64,000 nucleotides of DNA from Hormiphora californensis (taxonomy: Eukaryota > Animalia > Ctenophora): NCBI GenBank assembly GCA_020137815.1, contig CM035353.1, positions 1,984,001 to 2,048,000 on the forward strand, written 5' to 3'. Position 1 is the stretch's first letter. Each line of letters starts with the position of its first letter. The position numbers and the translations under genes were made by a program. The notes under the pieces were generated by a model. The model worked only from the letters and a program-made list of their open reading frames with translations, was not told the DNA's origin and searched no databases. This document shows, one piece after another, positions 36,362 through 50,295 of the stretch.

Positions 36362-39300
36362 ATGGCTGGAATGTTCGGCAGCGTTTTCGCTGCTCCAGGA
36401 CAAAACATTCTTACCTGCACTTGGTCACCTGTCAACAGCATACTATTCCAGGTTTGAAAATATTATTGTATTACTTACAATAACATTCAAATCAACATTG
36501 TCTTGCTCCACCCTTTCTCTCGGCAACATAGCAGTAATAACGGATTAATTATTTCAGATTGCGAACTTCTGGCTGTTTATCCTTTATGTGGGAGATTTTA
36601 TTACATTTTCAAACCTCTTTTACAAGTTTTTATTCCTGCGCATCGTTCTAGCTGGTGCAGGTATGGATCATTTTTCACTTTTTCTTAATTTGAATCTTGC
36701 CTGTTTATTAATCCGCCTCATTTTAGCGTTATTTTTCACGGTCTGGGCAGCATGGGTTCTCTGCTCACCTGATACGGCCCTGTGGAACTTCGTCTTTCTA
36801 ATTTATAATATTATTCAACTAGCAGTTTTGGTCTACAGGGAACGCATCAAAAAACCCAACAAACCAAGTTAGTTCCAACAATTATATTGTAGTTGTACAA
36901 GCATATCTTCAGGGGGTTCACGCCCATGGCAACCGCTCTTATCAAATAAAATCATATCCTACTGAAAACATGCCACTTTTAAACGCTTTTTCCAGGTTTT
37001 GAGAAGTTATACTCTCTGGTTTACAGTCCTATTTCATTTCCCTTAAACACCTACAACTCTCTCATTGAGAATGGTGAAGTCTGGGTTTTAAAGGATGGCC
37101 AAGAGGTCCCCGATGAAGCAGTATGTAACGGAAAAATTGCCCAAGTTATCTCAGGCAAGTCTCAAGCATTCGTTCATGATGAATAAATCTGGTATAATGT
37201 TTTAAAAAGTTCCGTCAGGCCGAGAATGAATGCTTGATGCTCACACACACATTATATATGCTGCACAGGTGTGTATGAGCAACAATATATGTAACTCGTA
37301 CCACTCTCTCCCGCTCATGAATTAATGCAGTACACACACACACCAGCTATCACACGAGATCTCATTAGGAAAGATATGAAATAGGAAAGATATGAAATAG
37401 GAAAGATATACTACAGGGATCTCGAGAATACTACAGAAAATACTACAGAGTATTTAATTGTAGAACTGAGAGTATTTGATTATTTGGCTGGTATCGACTA
37501 TCGAGGGGAATAGGTGTATAACGTAGTGTGAATAATTTCTTTCTTGCAGCTACATGGTACTACTATTTCCAGTGTCTTGTATAATTGTTCGAGATAGTCT
37601 GATTATGTCTAGATAGGCATTATATACATCCTTTATGACTTACAGGCGCCAATGGACTGTCAGTGCTAGCAGCAAGATACATTATCGTTTCTTTTGTCGA
37701 CCCTGTTTCCGGATTAGAAAATTTAAAGATGCATTATCTTATAATGTTGTTGGTTCCATTGTCTTCATACCAGTCTTGCTAGCAGCAATTAGATGCCTTA
37801 TCTTTGCCTTTGTCGACCCTCTTTCCGGATTAGGCATTATTTTATGTTGTAGGTCCCATTATAGGTCCCATTATAGGTCCCATTATATTCACACCAGTCT
37901 TGCTAGCAGCAATGCCTTATCTTTTGTCGACCCTCTTTCCGGGTTAGAACAATTAAACAGGCATTATTTTGGGTTGTTGGTCCCATTATTCACACCAGTT
38001 ATGTTTTTTATCGACAAGGAAGCTGCCTGTAACACGGAGGATTACGGGGGCTCGAAAGGATAGCCCCCGTAATCCGCTGCCTTATTCCAGGTGGAAATGT
38101 GTATGACGGACTGTAACAGTCCGTCATACACATTTCCACCTGGAATTTCTTGCTTGTATTTTCTGTCAGAATCTGTATAACACGCACGTGAATTTGAGCC
38201 GCGGCGCGGCGCATCTGCACGTGCGGTTTTTCCAGAGAGAGTGAGAGACAATCGTATAACGTTTATGTGCGTCTCTCTCTTTAATATCGCACGTGAATAT
38301 GAGCCGCGGCGCGGCGCATCTGCACGTGCGGTTCTTCCAGATAGAAATTCCAAGTAGAAATTCCAGATAGAAATTCCAAATAGAAATGTGTATGACGCCG
38401 TGTTAAGGAGGGTTAGAACATATCAACCCTGAGTAATTCTAATATTAGCTTTGACGGCACTACTATCATGTAAATTAAGGGACAACCTTGGTTTTAGTTT
38501 CTTTATCAGATGCACTTTTTGTGTACCGTACTGTAATAATGGGGGGGGATAATAATTATGGCGGTAAAACCCCTCAACTATTTCATTATCAATAACTAGA
38601 TTAGCTTTATCTAACAAACATGGCCCTCTCAGGAAGGGTAGCTGGAACGATACGAAATGGTGGGTGTTTCTCTTTCAAAGAAGGGGATATTTTGAACCAC
38701 GACTCCTGGAATTTCTCCACCTACCTTCCTGTCCGGTCACCCATTGTATCCGATTATACAGCTGAATCAGGTATATTTTATACCTAACTATATTAACATG
38801 GCCGGTAACACTTAAAGTGAGAGTGGACCGAATCAGAATTGGACAAGTTTGTTGTAGGTAGTAGAGATTAACTTTCTGAGCATTTTGCGTTTTTGCCGCT
38901 CAAAATCGACCCACCCATCACTGAGATATTTTTGTTATGTTGGGAGAATTCTTGCTGGATCAATATTTATCAAACAGGATAGAAACAATCCTTGTGTTTT
39001 ACTAACACATTCTTTAAATGTTTAATATGCTGGCTTGCATTGCCCTGCTTCTGTGCATTGCCATGTCAACCTCACTTATTATATTCAGAATGTATTAGTA
39101 AAACACCACGATTGTTTCTATTCTGTTTTATACATACTGATTAAACAGAAGTTCTCCCAACATAACAAAAATATCTCAGTGATGGCTGGGTCGATTTTGA
39201 GCGGCAAAATCGCAAAATACTCAGAAAGCTAATCTTTACTACCTACAACAAACTTGTCCAATTCTGATTCGGTCCACTCTCACTTTAAGACCCATTTATT

Positions 39301-40626
39301 TGTAAAAGCTTTTGCGTGCCGCGTTATATCCTTTTTTTGAATATATTTAATGCATGCAATCTACTAGGGTCTCTATCAGAATGTTGCCGCTGCAGCTGCA
39401 GAATAACCCGCTGAGAGTGCATGAAGTCCTATATATAAAAGGCATGTCTAATACTGTGTAGACTAGGTATGGGCCGGTGTAACAAATGATGTATATGGGT
39501 TGATTAATGAACTATCGTGAAACTGCGTTTTGTAATATCAACATCAGTTCATTTACCCAGTTCCCCTAAAATTACTCAGCCTACACCAGGAACCGACCGA
39601 AACAAGTAAACAACCAATCAGAACTCGTTATTTAGGTCACGTGACTGGTTATCAGCCAATCAGGGACCAGTATTTCCTGATTCGGTCGGTTCCTGGCCTA
39701 CACCATATCTCTATTATAAGTTGGAGATGAACGTCGAAGCCGTTCGTTAGGTGATATCTACGCAACAGACTGCACTTCTTCATTAAACACTATACATATG
39801 ACGAAAGCTGTAAAGCTGTTGTTCACACTTTTGGGAGTTTATGATTACTTTAGAACACATTTTAGCGATTCAGTCTTCATGGTTACCGATACAGTTGCCA
39901 TGGCAACAGTAAAATTGTCGTCAAATGGGCAAGAAAATTCTCACCACGTATAAGGCGAACCTGCCACATGTGGCTCGTCAAGCAACCTCCCAGTATCGAA
40001 CGCTCAATACTTTGACACATATAGTGTTTGATAACCTTTAGGCACGTGCCCTGTGTTAGTTTTACGGGTGTGAAAGTGGGCGAATTCTTGGCAAATCTCC
40101 AACAATATCTATACTTCACCCAATGGCAGTATATAATTGATGTAACCAATAGTTGTTCCACCGTACCCTCTGTCTCCTCGTCTATTATATAAATACACAC
40201 GAAGTGCAATATTTATCACTTTCACCGTCACGCCTTCACAACTATGTTTTCCTTTTTAGCCATATATTCCTGTTTAATATTCACACTGTATTTTCAGAGT
40301 GTGTAATTATATCCTGGTCATACGCCATGTTGGCCGGTACACTTGGATCTGATGAAAAGCGGCAATTCTCAGCACTAATTACAACTCAACTCAACTCTAT
40401 CCTTCTTTATATCACGGCTGCGTTAGACCCCACACTGGTTGTCCTAAGGAGCAAATCCTCGAGAGAATCATCCCTCGATGGGACCAGCTCTGAAGTCAGT
40501 GGAAGTGTTCTGAAACTCAGAAATAATGGCGAAATAATGAGGAACGGTGGACATTATAATGTTAGGAATGATGATGAGATGAATGGTGAATTGACTGGAC
40601 TTATTGAAGCTGAGAGCAATGTGTGA
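36362..40626 (+). CDS. Popeye domain-containing (BVES/POPDC-like) membrane protein, 319 aa, 6 exons
   Basis: Exons 36362-36451, 36558-36660, 36727-36867, 36996-37154 (GC donor), 38633-38770, 40298-40626. Motifs: ILFQIANFWLF; FLRIVLAGAALFFTVWAAWVLCSPDTALWNFVFLIYN; FEKLYSLVYSP; VISGRV; YTAESECVIISW. Confidence 0.88.
38030..38405. mobile_element. Hairpin-rich MITE-like composite in a POPDC intron
   Basis: Stem-loops at 38039-38075 and 38084-38145; direct repeat 38182-38235/38288-38341; taacacgg...ccgtgtta ends. Confidence 0.55.
38816..39284. mobile_element. 469-bp Kolobok-like MITE
   Basis: TTAA TSD; long TIR agtgagagtggaccgaatcagaattgg. Confidence 0.88.
39587..39695 (-). mobile_element. hAT-like MITE, family A
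   Basis: Perfect TIR; 8-bp TSD gcctacac. Confidence 0.93.
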
Positions 40627-40782
40627 TATAATTTATCTGTGAGTGTGTGTGTGCCGAGATGCTGCTTTCCAAAAGGGATATGATGCTTTTATTGGTCTGT
40701 TTGATCATATATAGCGTTCTCATTGTCAAATGGAGATTTTTTACTTTTGTATTTTTATATGCGCCTACTCTACTTTTTCAAC

Positions 40783-40883
40783 TGGTGGGCGGACTCTTAG
40801 ACTCTATATAGTGCTAACGGACTCTCTATCTAAACGAAATCTCAAGTTCGCTGCGAATGATTTTAGCACTAGAGTCCGCACAC
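40783..40883. mobile_element. Short MITE-like element related to 4171-4376
   Basis: ggtgggcggactct ... agagtccgcacacc. Confidence 0.55.
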
Positions 40884-43080
40884 CGTTTCAAATGTAACCT
40901 ACTTCTGGATATAAAATGGCGTTATTCCATATACGGATGGTAAATATTAATACCGTATTAGGATGGTATAGATAATTTTAGAACACAGTTCAACCATTAC
41001 GTAGTGATGCAGAGTGCAGTTAGCATGCACTCTCCCTCTCTCTTTCTCTCTCCACCTATCTCTCTGTATCTCTGTCTCTCTCTGTCTCTCTCTGTCTCTC
41101 TCTCTCTCTCTCTACAGGACTCTCCAATGTACATGTAGCTAACAGCCTATGAAGTTGTTCATAGTTAGTATTGGACATCTTTACCAATTATTTCACACAC
41201 ACACACCGTACCTTGAATCTTCCACAGATCTGACTCCCACTGTCGTATATAACAGATTGTCTTAACCCCCCCCCCCCCCCCTAGATTGCCCAACCCCCAG
41301 ATTGTCTAACCCAGGTAGTTCTAATGAGTTATGGAATTAGGGAGCAGACAATCTCTACCAATTTCAACAAACATGGGAACATTTTATATATACTCCATAT
41401 TTAATCCTCTTCCTCTCACCTCTGTCATATTATATATATCCCCTCCCGCCCCCCATGCCCATATTCTGTACCACTAATCTGCCAAAGATACTACAAATAT
41501 ATCCTCTAATTTGAACTCTAATTCTCTGAAATATGCCGGTTTGGTTTCCCGATGAGATATTTCTGGCGTCAGTACGAGACAGCTGATAGTTTTACCCCCC
41601 CCCCCCCCCTCCAAATATTATATGTTGGAATCACCCACGTGACGAAATACGGAATATCTATACTACTTGTACCATACGCTATTTAGAATACCCTCTGACT
41701 TGATTGCATTAACTGAATTACCCATTCATACGGGGAAAAACTCAGAAAATTCATTGATTTTGACTTGATATGTTTCTACACAGCTGATCTTGCACAGAAA
41801 AGGGGGGTCTGGACGAAATTGTATCAATGACAATGCAGTCCTGCTATGTCCCCTACTACCTAATCACATTTCTACAATACTAACTAGATCATCTGCACAG
41901 GAACATGTGTTCTCCAGCCTCCCATATATAAAGAAATGAATCTACATTCTCACACACATACTGCAGTGCATCATGATTTTATTAATATTTCCACTCTGGG
42001 TGCTGGAGACTTTAGGGGGAGATATCTGACTACCCCTTCTTACATGAACTCAGGCGGAAGATAACTTCCTTTTGCTGGAGGTCATACAGTAGCAGATATA
42101 TTTGACTGCAGCTGTACATATGCTACCATTATATGATGTCTACTAGAACATGTCTATTTCTCTATTCTAACACGTGTACAGCTATTATTCAATACCCCTC
42201 CCTAGTTAGACTCGTAGTCTCATCTGGGACACTATCCTGGTACGTGGCAGGGTATTTCATGACAGGCTAGGTGTCAGATCGAAATTTAATTTTTAGGAAA
42301 ATTATTATAATAATGGAAAGCCCTACAAAGAGATAAAACATCCCGTTAATAATAGCTGCAGCTCTCTGGTCTCTCTTTCCTCTCTCTCTCTCTCTCTTTC
42401 TCGTATCTATCTCGTGTAGTCTACACACAATATCAGTCAACACGATTCGATGTATCTCATAAATACTGGTATGGCCGTACTGCATCGAGTACATTGATAT
42501 ATGTATAATAGTACTAGTAGCTGTAGCTGTATATGCTCTAATAAGTCCTATCTCAATCGAGATGTATCGTGAAAGCAGTCATGTAGGGGAATTTTTGAAA
42601 GTGGTGGGGCCAGATTTTTTGGTCACGTCACACGTGATATGACATACACCGACTTTTCTATTAAAAATTTGAATAGATCGGGCGGAGCCCGATAAAACTT
42701 TTCGGTTTTTAGGCCAAAAAGTCATAGTAATTACACTGTATAAATTATGGGCGCGTGACCTTTACTAGGGTAATTACACTGATACACCGCTGCATCAAGT
42801 GCCATGACATCTTAGGAGAGTACATCTTGGGACATCTCTGATGTTTTACACTGTGATCTACATAGATTTGATTATCGGACAGATCGGTCCCTGTGTATGA
42901 ATATTCTGAGCATTATAATATGTGTAATAGGCGTCACAGCAAAATTAGGTTAGGATTCCTCTCTTGTATCACGATAGTTGTAGAAAAACCCAATCCATGC
43001 TGCAGGAAATGAATAAAAATAACATACTCATCCTTACGTATTCGTTAGGAAGAAAGAAAGAGAGAGAGAGAGAGAGAGAG

Positions 43081-43968
43081 TCAGCTGTCTTTGCTGGAGC
43101 GGGGTCAGCTGTCTTTACTGGAGCGGGGTCAGCTGTCCTTACTGGAGCGGGGTCAGCTGTCTTCTCTGGAACGAGGTGGCTGTCTTCTCTGGAGCGGGGT
43201 CAGCTGTCTTCTCTGGAGCGGGGTGGCTGTCTTCTCTGGAGCGGGGTCAGCTGTCTTCTCTGGAACGGGGTCAGCTGTCTTCTCTGGAACGGGGTCAGCT
43301 GTCTTCTCTGGAACGGGGTCAGCTGGCTTCTCTGGAGCGGGGTCAGCTGGCTTTTCTGGAACGGGGTCAGCTGGCTTCTCTGGAACGGGGTCAGCTGGCT
43401 TCTCTGGATCGGGGTCAGCTGGCTTTTCTGGGACTGGGTCAGCTGTCTTCTCTGGAACGGGGTCAGCTGTCTTCTCTGGAACGGGGTCAGCTGTCTTCTC
43501 TGGAACGGGGTCAGCTGGCTTCTCTGGAACGGGGTCAGCTGGCTTTTCTGGGACGGGGTCAGCTGTCTTCTCTGGAACGGGGTCAGCTGTCTTTTTCGCT
43601 CGCACCCGTTCCTGCTTGTTTTAGGCTGCCTTAGATTCAGACGGTTTGCTTCTTCAGTTCCTGATAAGTTGTCTCTTCTTAGAATTCATTGTAGCAGATT
43701 GGGCTTCTTTGCAGATAGTTTAGGAGGTCTTGTGCTCCGCCACCATGAGCTTTAATCCCACTTTACTTCCCCCTTTTTAATATCATCCCCTTTACTTAAC
43801 CCATATGTACATTGTTAAATTTACCCGTATGTACATTGTTCTACCTACCCTACCTTTACTCCGCAGGCCCTCCGGGCCCTCAGATCCAACAGGATCCGGG
43901 TCCGGGGGATTTAACCCTGCTCTCGCATGGGGCCTCACGGCCCCATGTGGGAGTGGTGCGTGTAGTGG

Positions 43969-43971
<3 letters not shown>
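43081..43971 (+). mobile_element. Relative of the R4/Dong-like element: 24-bp minisatellite plus shared 3' UTR, within (GA)n
   Basis: 43602-43971 aligns with 25420-25777 and has the same terminus gtagtggacc|(GA)n; 5' side is ~21 copies of tcagctgtcttctctggaacgggg preceded by (GA)n. Confidence 0.8.
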
Positions 43972-44050
<79 letters not shown>

Positions 44051-45390
44051 GGGGATAGATAATTTCACCTTGTAGGTAGAGCGAGTACATTCCAAGCACT
44101 TACCTATCAATTTTGCTGTATTTAAATTTTCCGAAATAGATTTGCTACGATACGGAACGCGCGGAGACGTTCTTACAACGAAATACTGTTTTGTTATCTT
44201 GGAGTCTGTCAGAATGAGCGCGCGCGAGAGCTTGGGAAACAGCTTGGTTTGCTCTGGCAATCGCATCGGTACAGCAACTAAGTACGTAATGGTTTGGGCA
44301 GGGGCGGCTCGCGACCCCCGGTCGCGAGTCGTCCCGGGTGTCCGGGGACAGGGGCGGCCCGGTAGCCTCGGTCAGGGGGTTGACATGTTGTCAGCTCTCA
44401 CGCCGGGCCGAAAGCGCTTACGCGAGCCCGAAGGCGTTTAAAGTGCCGAACAAACAGACTGCGTAGTGCCGAACAGACAGAATGCGTAGCATGGCAATCA
44501 GGGGGTATGGCGGGTGAAACCCCCCATCGCAGGGTCCAGGGGCTGCGAAGCCCCTTGGAAAATTTCGGCCATGCTACGCAGTCTGTCTGTTCGCTTACGC
44601 TCGCGTAAGCTCACACCGGGCCTTCGGCTCGGTGTGAAAGCTGACAGGCAAGGAACATGCCAAGAAAATTTGGGGTTTTGAGGGCAATTTGTCAATTTGA
44701 GAAAGTTTTAGACACTAAAACGCAATTATCAAACTGGTTCATCATTCATCAAGCTGATCGAGTATTTTCTGTGTTTAATAAGCAAGCAATTGATAAATAA
44801 GAAAGCAGGAAAAAACCGCATCGAAAAACATTAAGTTTTGGTGAAGTTATAATGTTGAATTGAAATCTAGGGTGTCCTGGCCACCCCTGTCTGGTGCCGC
44901 CGACCCCATCTGAGCGCACTGTCGCCAATTTGAGAATCAAATGGGGGTATGGCGCCGCCATACAGATCTTGTACATACCTGTCAGAGCATTGGCCTGACC
45001 CATTCTCGTTTCTCTCAAAGAGTGGTCAGAGCATTGGCCTGACACCATGTCAGTGACAGGCCCTGGCCCTCCCAAGTCTCGACATGATCCTTGGAAAGAG
45101 CTCGATGGTCACTTAATATCAAGTCCAAGATCATGTGACACGGTGCTCCTGAAGGACGTTCAACCTCGTCCAGCCTGCCGAGCTAAACCACCGGTTGTAC
45201 TACCTAGAGGGGATCCCTCTGGCAACCACGCCTGTATTACGTCTGGACTACGTCTGGACGTATAGTCTTCCGCAAATGCAATTTGCCGTGATTGAGAGAT
45301 GTTTGTGATGGGGTTTGGTCGGTTGATGAAATATTCAACTTTTATTACGGTTAACTAAAAACTCATTGAATGATTAACGCACTAACGCAA

Positions 45391-46394
45391 TAGTAGGGAC
45401 GAATCTTAATTTTTTGACACACTATTTGGTGAAAAGCAAATTCCGGTTGTAACCCACCTATTTTGACCCGCTGAACAAGATCCCGTTCATAGGTAAGGTC
45501 GCAAAATTGGAGAACATGCCCAAATCGGCCACGCCCTTTTACCTGTATTTTTAGCCTGTAGCCAAAAACATTAATCCTCTTAGAATAGGAGTAGAGACAA
45601 ATCTGAGGGCACTAAAGTGATCAGCGCCCTCGCATTAGTGGGGGTAGGTGCCGGAATTAAGTCTCTATCTCGTCCGGTTAATTAGATAATTGGATAATTA
45701 GGTTTGCGCATAACCGTTTTTTGGCTATATGGCTATAGCCACTTAGGAATGGTTTAGAGGCTTTTCACTGGCGCCATTTTGTAGGCAATAGCCAAGTTAT
45801 GGGGGGTCGACGTCGGACTTTTAAGCTCTATCTCCAACCGTTTAGCCGTTATTTGGCTTAAACGATGCTCAAAATGAGCGAAAAACGGTAAAAAGCCCGA
45901 TTTTGAGCATCGTTTAAGCCAAATAACGGCTAAACGGTTGGAGATAGAGCTTAAAAGTCCGACGTCGACCCCCCATAACTTGGCTATTGCCTACAAAATG
46001 GCGCCAGTGAAAAGCCTCTAAACCATTCCTAAGTGGCTATAGCCATATAGCCAAAAAACGGTTATGCGCAAACCTAATTATCCAATTATCTAATTAACCG
46101 GACGAGATAGAGACTTAATTCCGGCACCTACCCCCACTAATGCGAGGGCGCTGATCACTTTAGTGCCCTCAGATTTGTCTCTACTCCTATTCTAAGAGGA
46201 TTTATGTTTTTGGCTACAGGCTAAAAATACAGGTAAAAGGGCGTGGCCGATTTGGGCATGTTCTCCAATTTTGCGACCTTACCTATGAACGGGATCTTGT
46301 TCAGCGGGTCAAAATAGGTGGGTTACAACCGGAATTTGCTTTTCACCAAATAGTGAGTCAACCACTTCTTTTTGTGAGAGATTCGTCCCTACTA
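45391..46394. mobile_element. 1.0-kb foldback element, TAG termini, 3-bp TSD caa (Academ-like)
   Basis: tagtagggacgaatc ... gattcgtccctacta; ~455-bp almost identical arms. Could alternatively be read as a TA TSD. Confidence 0.85.
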
Positions 46395-47426
46395 CAATGT
46401 AAATACAATACATTTAACACATTGACAGCATATTGCAAACATACATTAGCTTCATAGATCATTATACTTAATCAACAATAGGTGAGTATATATGTACATA
46501 TATTCATTTAAGCTTGAATGCCGATAATATAATTCACGTCTATGTAACAGTTTGAAAGGCCCTCTGTAAACGTCCCTGATTTGAATGCCAAAAGGAATTA
46601 TCTGCTTGACATAAAACTAATCACAGTCTGTTTTACTCCCTCAAATTTTGAAATTTAAAGTGTCGTATTCTGGAGAGGGGGAGTTCCTTCCACCGGTTCC
46701 TGTTCGTTGGAAGTCTGGAGCGCCGTTATGAAACTAGTCCCAGTGCGTCTCAAAACTCGTGCCGGCCGCACAGGGAGACAAGAATAAAATCGTAGAATCT
46801 ACCGCAGGGGATTGATCACCCGATGTGGGGAGGATCAGCATGAAAAGAAGGGCAGGGATGATACACGTTGAGCATTTATTGCGTAAGAGAGGGGGGGGAT
46901 GTAGAAATGAAAACAAGGCTAAACGGAACCCGCAGAAGAAATCATTAGATAATCTCGGGGTAAGCATTATATATTATCTGATCCTAGAGCTAACCTAGAG
47001 TTGCCATTTCTTGTTTAATTCCACAAAGTGCCTGCAGGCTGGTATGTAGCTACTTAGTATGTGAGATCTGATCCTGGGTGGGATGTGATCCGATTCTTAA
47101 GGGATGATCTGATCCTGGGTAAGGTGATGTGATCTGAGCTGATGACGGGAATTTTTGGAACCCTTATCAGAGAATCAAGTTTTACACGGTCGCTTGTAGT
47201 GGGAAAACGGTAATGGAAAACGAAGTTACAGTAAGACGACGCGCAACCGTGACCAATCAGGGCGCTAGTAAGTGCTGACACATGAACTTTTTGCCGCGCG
47301 TTATGTACCGTGCGCGTCTCCTTACTGTATTTTGCGTTACCGTATTTTGACTGCAAGCAGCACTGTAACAGCGCAATATATAGTAAAATATAGCACGGCC
47401 ATATGTATAGAATATAAAGGTATAAT

Positions 47427-47889
47427 GGCAGGTGAGTAGAACTTCGCTCCCAATAAAAGGCTGCAATAAAAGGCTGCAATAAAAGGCTGCAATAAAAGGC
47501 TGCAATAAAAGGCTGCAATAAAAGGCTGCAATAAAAGGCTGCAATAAAAGGCTGCATTAAAAGGCTGCAATAAAAGGCTGCAATAAAAGGCTGCAATGGA
47601 TCACGTATCCAACTAGACTAAAGCGGTAGATACACCGAATCGTCCTCCCCTAATAGTGTTTCATTTCACGTATCGGTCTCTACCATAGGCAGTAGAGAGA
47701 CCGAATCACCCTCCCCTAATTATATTGATTCGGTGTATCTACCGCTTTAGTCTAGTTGGATACGTGATCCATTGCAGCCTTTTATTGCAGCCTTTTATTG
47801 CAGCCTTTTATTGCAGCCTTTTAATGCAGCCTTTTATTGCAGCCTTTTATTGCAGCCTTTTATTGGGAGCGAAGTTCTACTCACCTGCC
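47427..47889. mobile_element. 463-bp Merlin-like MITE with 13-bp tandem repeats in the TIRs
   Basis: ggcaggtgagtagaacttcgctccc ... gggagcgaagttctactcacctgcc; 8-bp TSD ggtataat; (aataaaaggctgc)n. Confidence 0.9.
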
Positions 47890-48201
47890 GGTATAATGTA
47901 GTTAGACCTGTAGTTAGGCCTAGGCCCTAGAGTTGCCACAAGGAAACAAAACAACAAAAGGAAACAAAACAACAGAGGCAACTCAGAGTGGACAGTGGAC
48001 ACACTGGGGAGGAAGGGGGAAAGAGATAAAAGGCTTAAACGATTACTGTGTGTGATGTGATCTTCCGCATTAGCGGTCAAAATAGACCAATCAACTCTGA
48101 TCTATCAATTATTATAAGAGAAAAAAGGAGAGAGAGAGAGAGAGATCGAGAGAGAGAGAGAGCAGAGAGAGAAGATGATAGAGAAGGAGGATAGAGAGAG
48201 A

Positions 48202-48238
<37 letters not shown>

Positions 48239-48402
48239 GAGAAGAATAGAGCAGAAGAGAGATGAGAGATCATCTAAATATATAGATGAACTAGGCGAGA
48301 TCTATGCTAGCTAATACTATCTCTCTCTCAGCGTATCTCCTCTGACGTCTCATCTCTCCCTCTTCTCTCCTCTTGCTCTCTTAGTCCTCCTCTCTCCTCT
48401 CT

Positions 48403-48433
<31 letters not shown>

Positions 48434-49616
48434 CTCTCTCTGCTCTCCTTCTCTCTCTCGCTCTCTCTCCTCTCTCTCCTCCTCGTCTCGGTATCTTCTC
48501 TCTCCCTTCTAACTGCCTTTCCATTTCTCTCTGGCTGTATCTCTATTTACTCCCTTGCATGCATCCCTCATGTTCTAATCTTTTGACCATGTCACATGCT
48601 TCTTCTTTACTTATTTTTACACTGCTTTCTCTCTTCGTCGCTTTCTCTCCTCCGAGTTATTGTCGGTACAACTCACTGCGTCAAGGATCGCAATCGGGCC
48701 GGGCGGCCGTCAAAGGGGGCCCCCAAAAACCCCCAGTTTATGAAACCCAAGGCCTCGGGGGGAAAAAATTTGGGGTAGAGAGTCTTCCCATATGTGTAAT
48801 AAAAACACAATCACACAAACCATCGAGGCATATAAGAAGACAGAGATGGAAGAGAAGGGGAAAAGAAGGTAGAACGATTAGGGGATTGATCCGCTTACGT
48901 CAAATACTAGCTAGATCTGAGTCTTCATGATCTTTAATTTAAAGGGGAAAAGGAAAAATCAATTTGGCGGGGAGGGGGCGTCGTAAACAGAGAAGAAGCA
49001 GAGGAGATAAAAGATTGAGAAGCAAATAGGCATGAGCAAAACCCAAGTCATAAGGGCACATTGATGAAAACCTGCTAGGGTTGTTAAAAAGCTGTGGATG
49101 GGATCTTCCCTTCTCTCATTCGCCAGACGTTTCATTCCTCAACCGCTCCCGGGCGTAACCGGTCGTTAGTTTTTTGGTTTTCCTTTCCTCCTCTTTCTAG
49201 TTTTCGGCGCTTTTCACTTTATTTCTTCTCCTTCCCCGGGTGATTCTTTCCATCACTCTCTCTCGCTACTTCTTCTCGCTCTCTTCTTTTTTTCCCCTTC
49301 GACTCCCTTCGACCCTCTCCCCGCCAGCCCGTCGACTGTTCTTGTGCGTCCTCCTTCGCATGTTGCGTCTCCTTGTCCTCATCGTCTATCTTTTTCCCAC
49401 TTTGTCTCCTCGCCAGTCTAGATGGCTCCTTTTCTCGTCGACTTTCTCTTTGTTGTAACGAAGCTTTGGAATGAAAATGTAGCTGTCTTCCCACGAAACA
49501 AGTTGGGAAGCATCTTAACAGGGTCAATTTTAAATGAGAAGGATGCTTCTCCTCCCGTTCGTCTCTGCCCACTCTCTCCTACACCTCACGGAAAGGTGAT
49601 TGTGCTAATGCTATTT

Positions 49617-50295
49617 ATCTTGCTATATACCCTGCTAACTTAAATAACCCGCCAGCGGCGAGAAGTCCCACTGGCGCGCTCTCAATATACAGCCAGTCCA
49701 GCGGCAGATTATTTCCCACTGGCTGGCTGTTTATTATTAACTCCTATGTTACATTCAAAGTGTGTGTAAATGATCAGTTCTTACTGAAATACAGAGGGAA
49801 CACTGTTTGCAAGAGTTACACACTGCATTGGAGAGAAAGAAACAACACATTCCGTCAATTTCTCTCTCTTTATCTCCCCTTTTGTTTCACTATCTCAATT
49901 CCTCTTTGTTATGTCTGGCATGCCCCATATCTTGTTATTTCTTTCTCTCTCTCCTTAGTAACTGTTACCAAACAATATACACTCAATTGAGAGATGTTTT
50001 TGACTGTTTCTCAGTTCTCTTTGTGTGTTTTGATTAGTGTTCTCTCTCTTGTTAGTGTGTAATACTTGAAACAAACAACTAAAGCAGGGTATATAACCCA
50101 TAAACTCTGACCAATGGCACGTTATTGGTTTAAACCCCTCCGCCTCTCCCTCGGCTACGCCTCAGGATCGTCGTCGTGATTTAAACCAGTTTATCCGCCA
50201 CTGGCGGATAAACTACAGCTACCTTCTCCCAGCGGCGCGCTGGGAGAAAGGTATCTGAAATAACGTGCCAGTGGCCAGAGTTTATGCCTCATATA
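49617..50295 (+). mobile_element. ~670-bp interspersed element, copy 1 (Crypton-like, non-autonomous)
   Basis: Nested inverted repeats tatataccctgct/agcagggtatata and ataaactctg...cagagtttat; three copies in the window. Class assignment is inference. Confidence 0.7.

Noticed and set aside
42964-43755. Repetitive ORFs (KTADPVPE, AVFSGTGS)
   Set aside because: Produced by a 24-bp minisatellite within a repeat element; no flanking coding context or splice support.
44290-44905. GC-rich hAT-like remnant
   Set aside because: Could not define a matching TIR pair or TSD.
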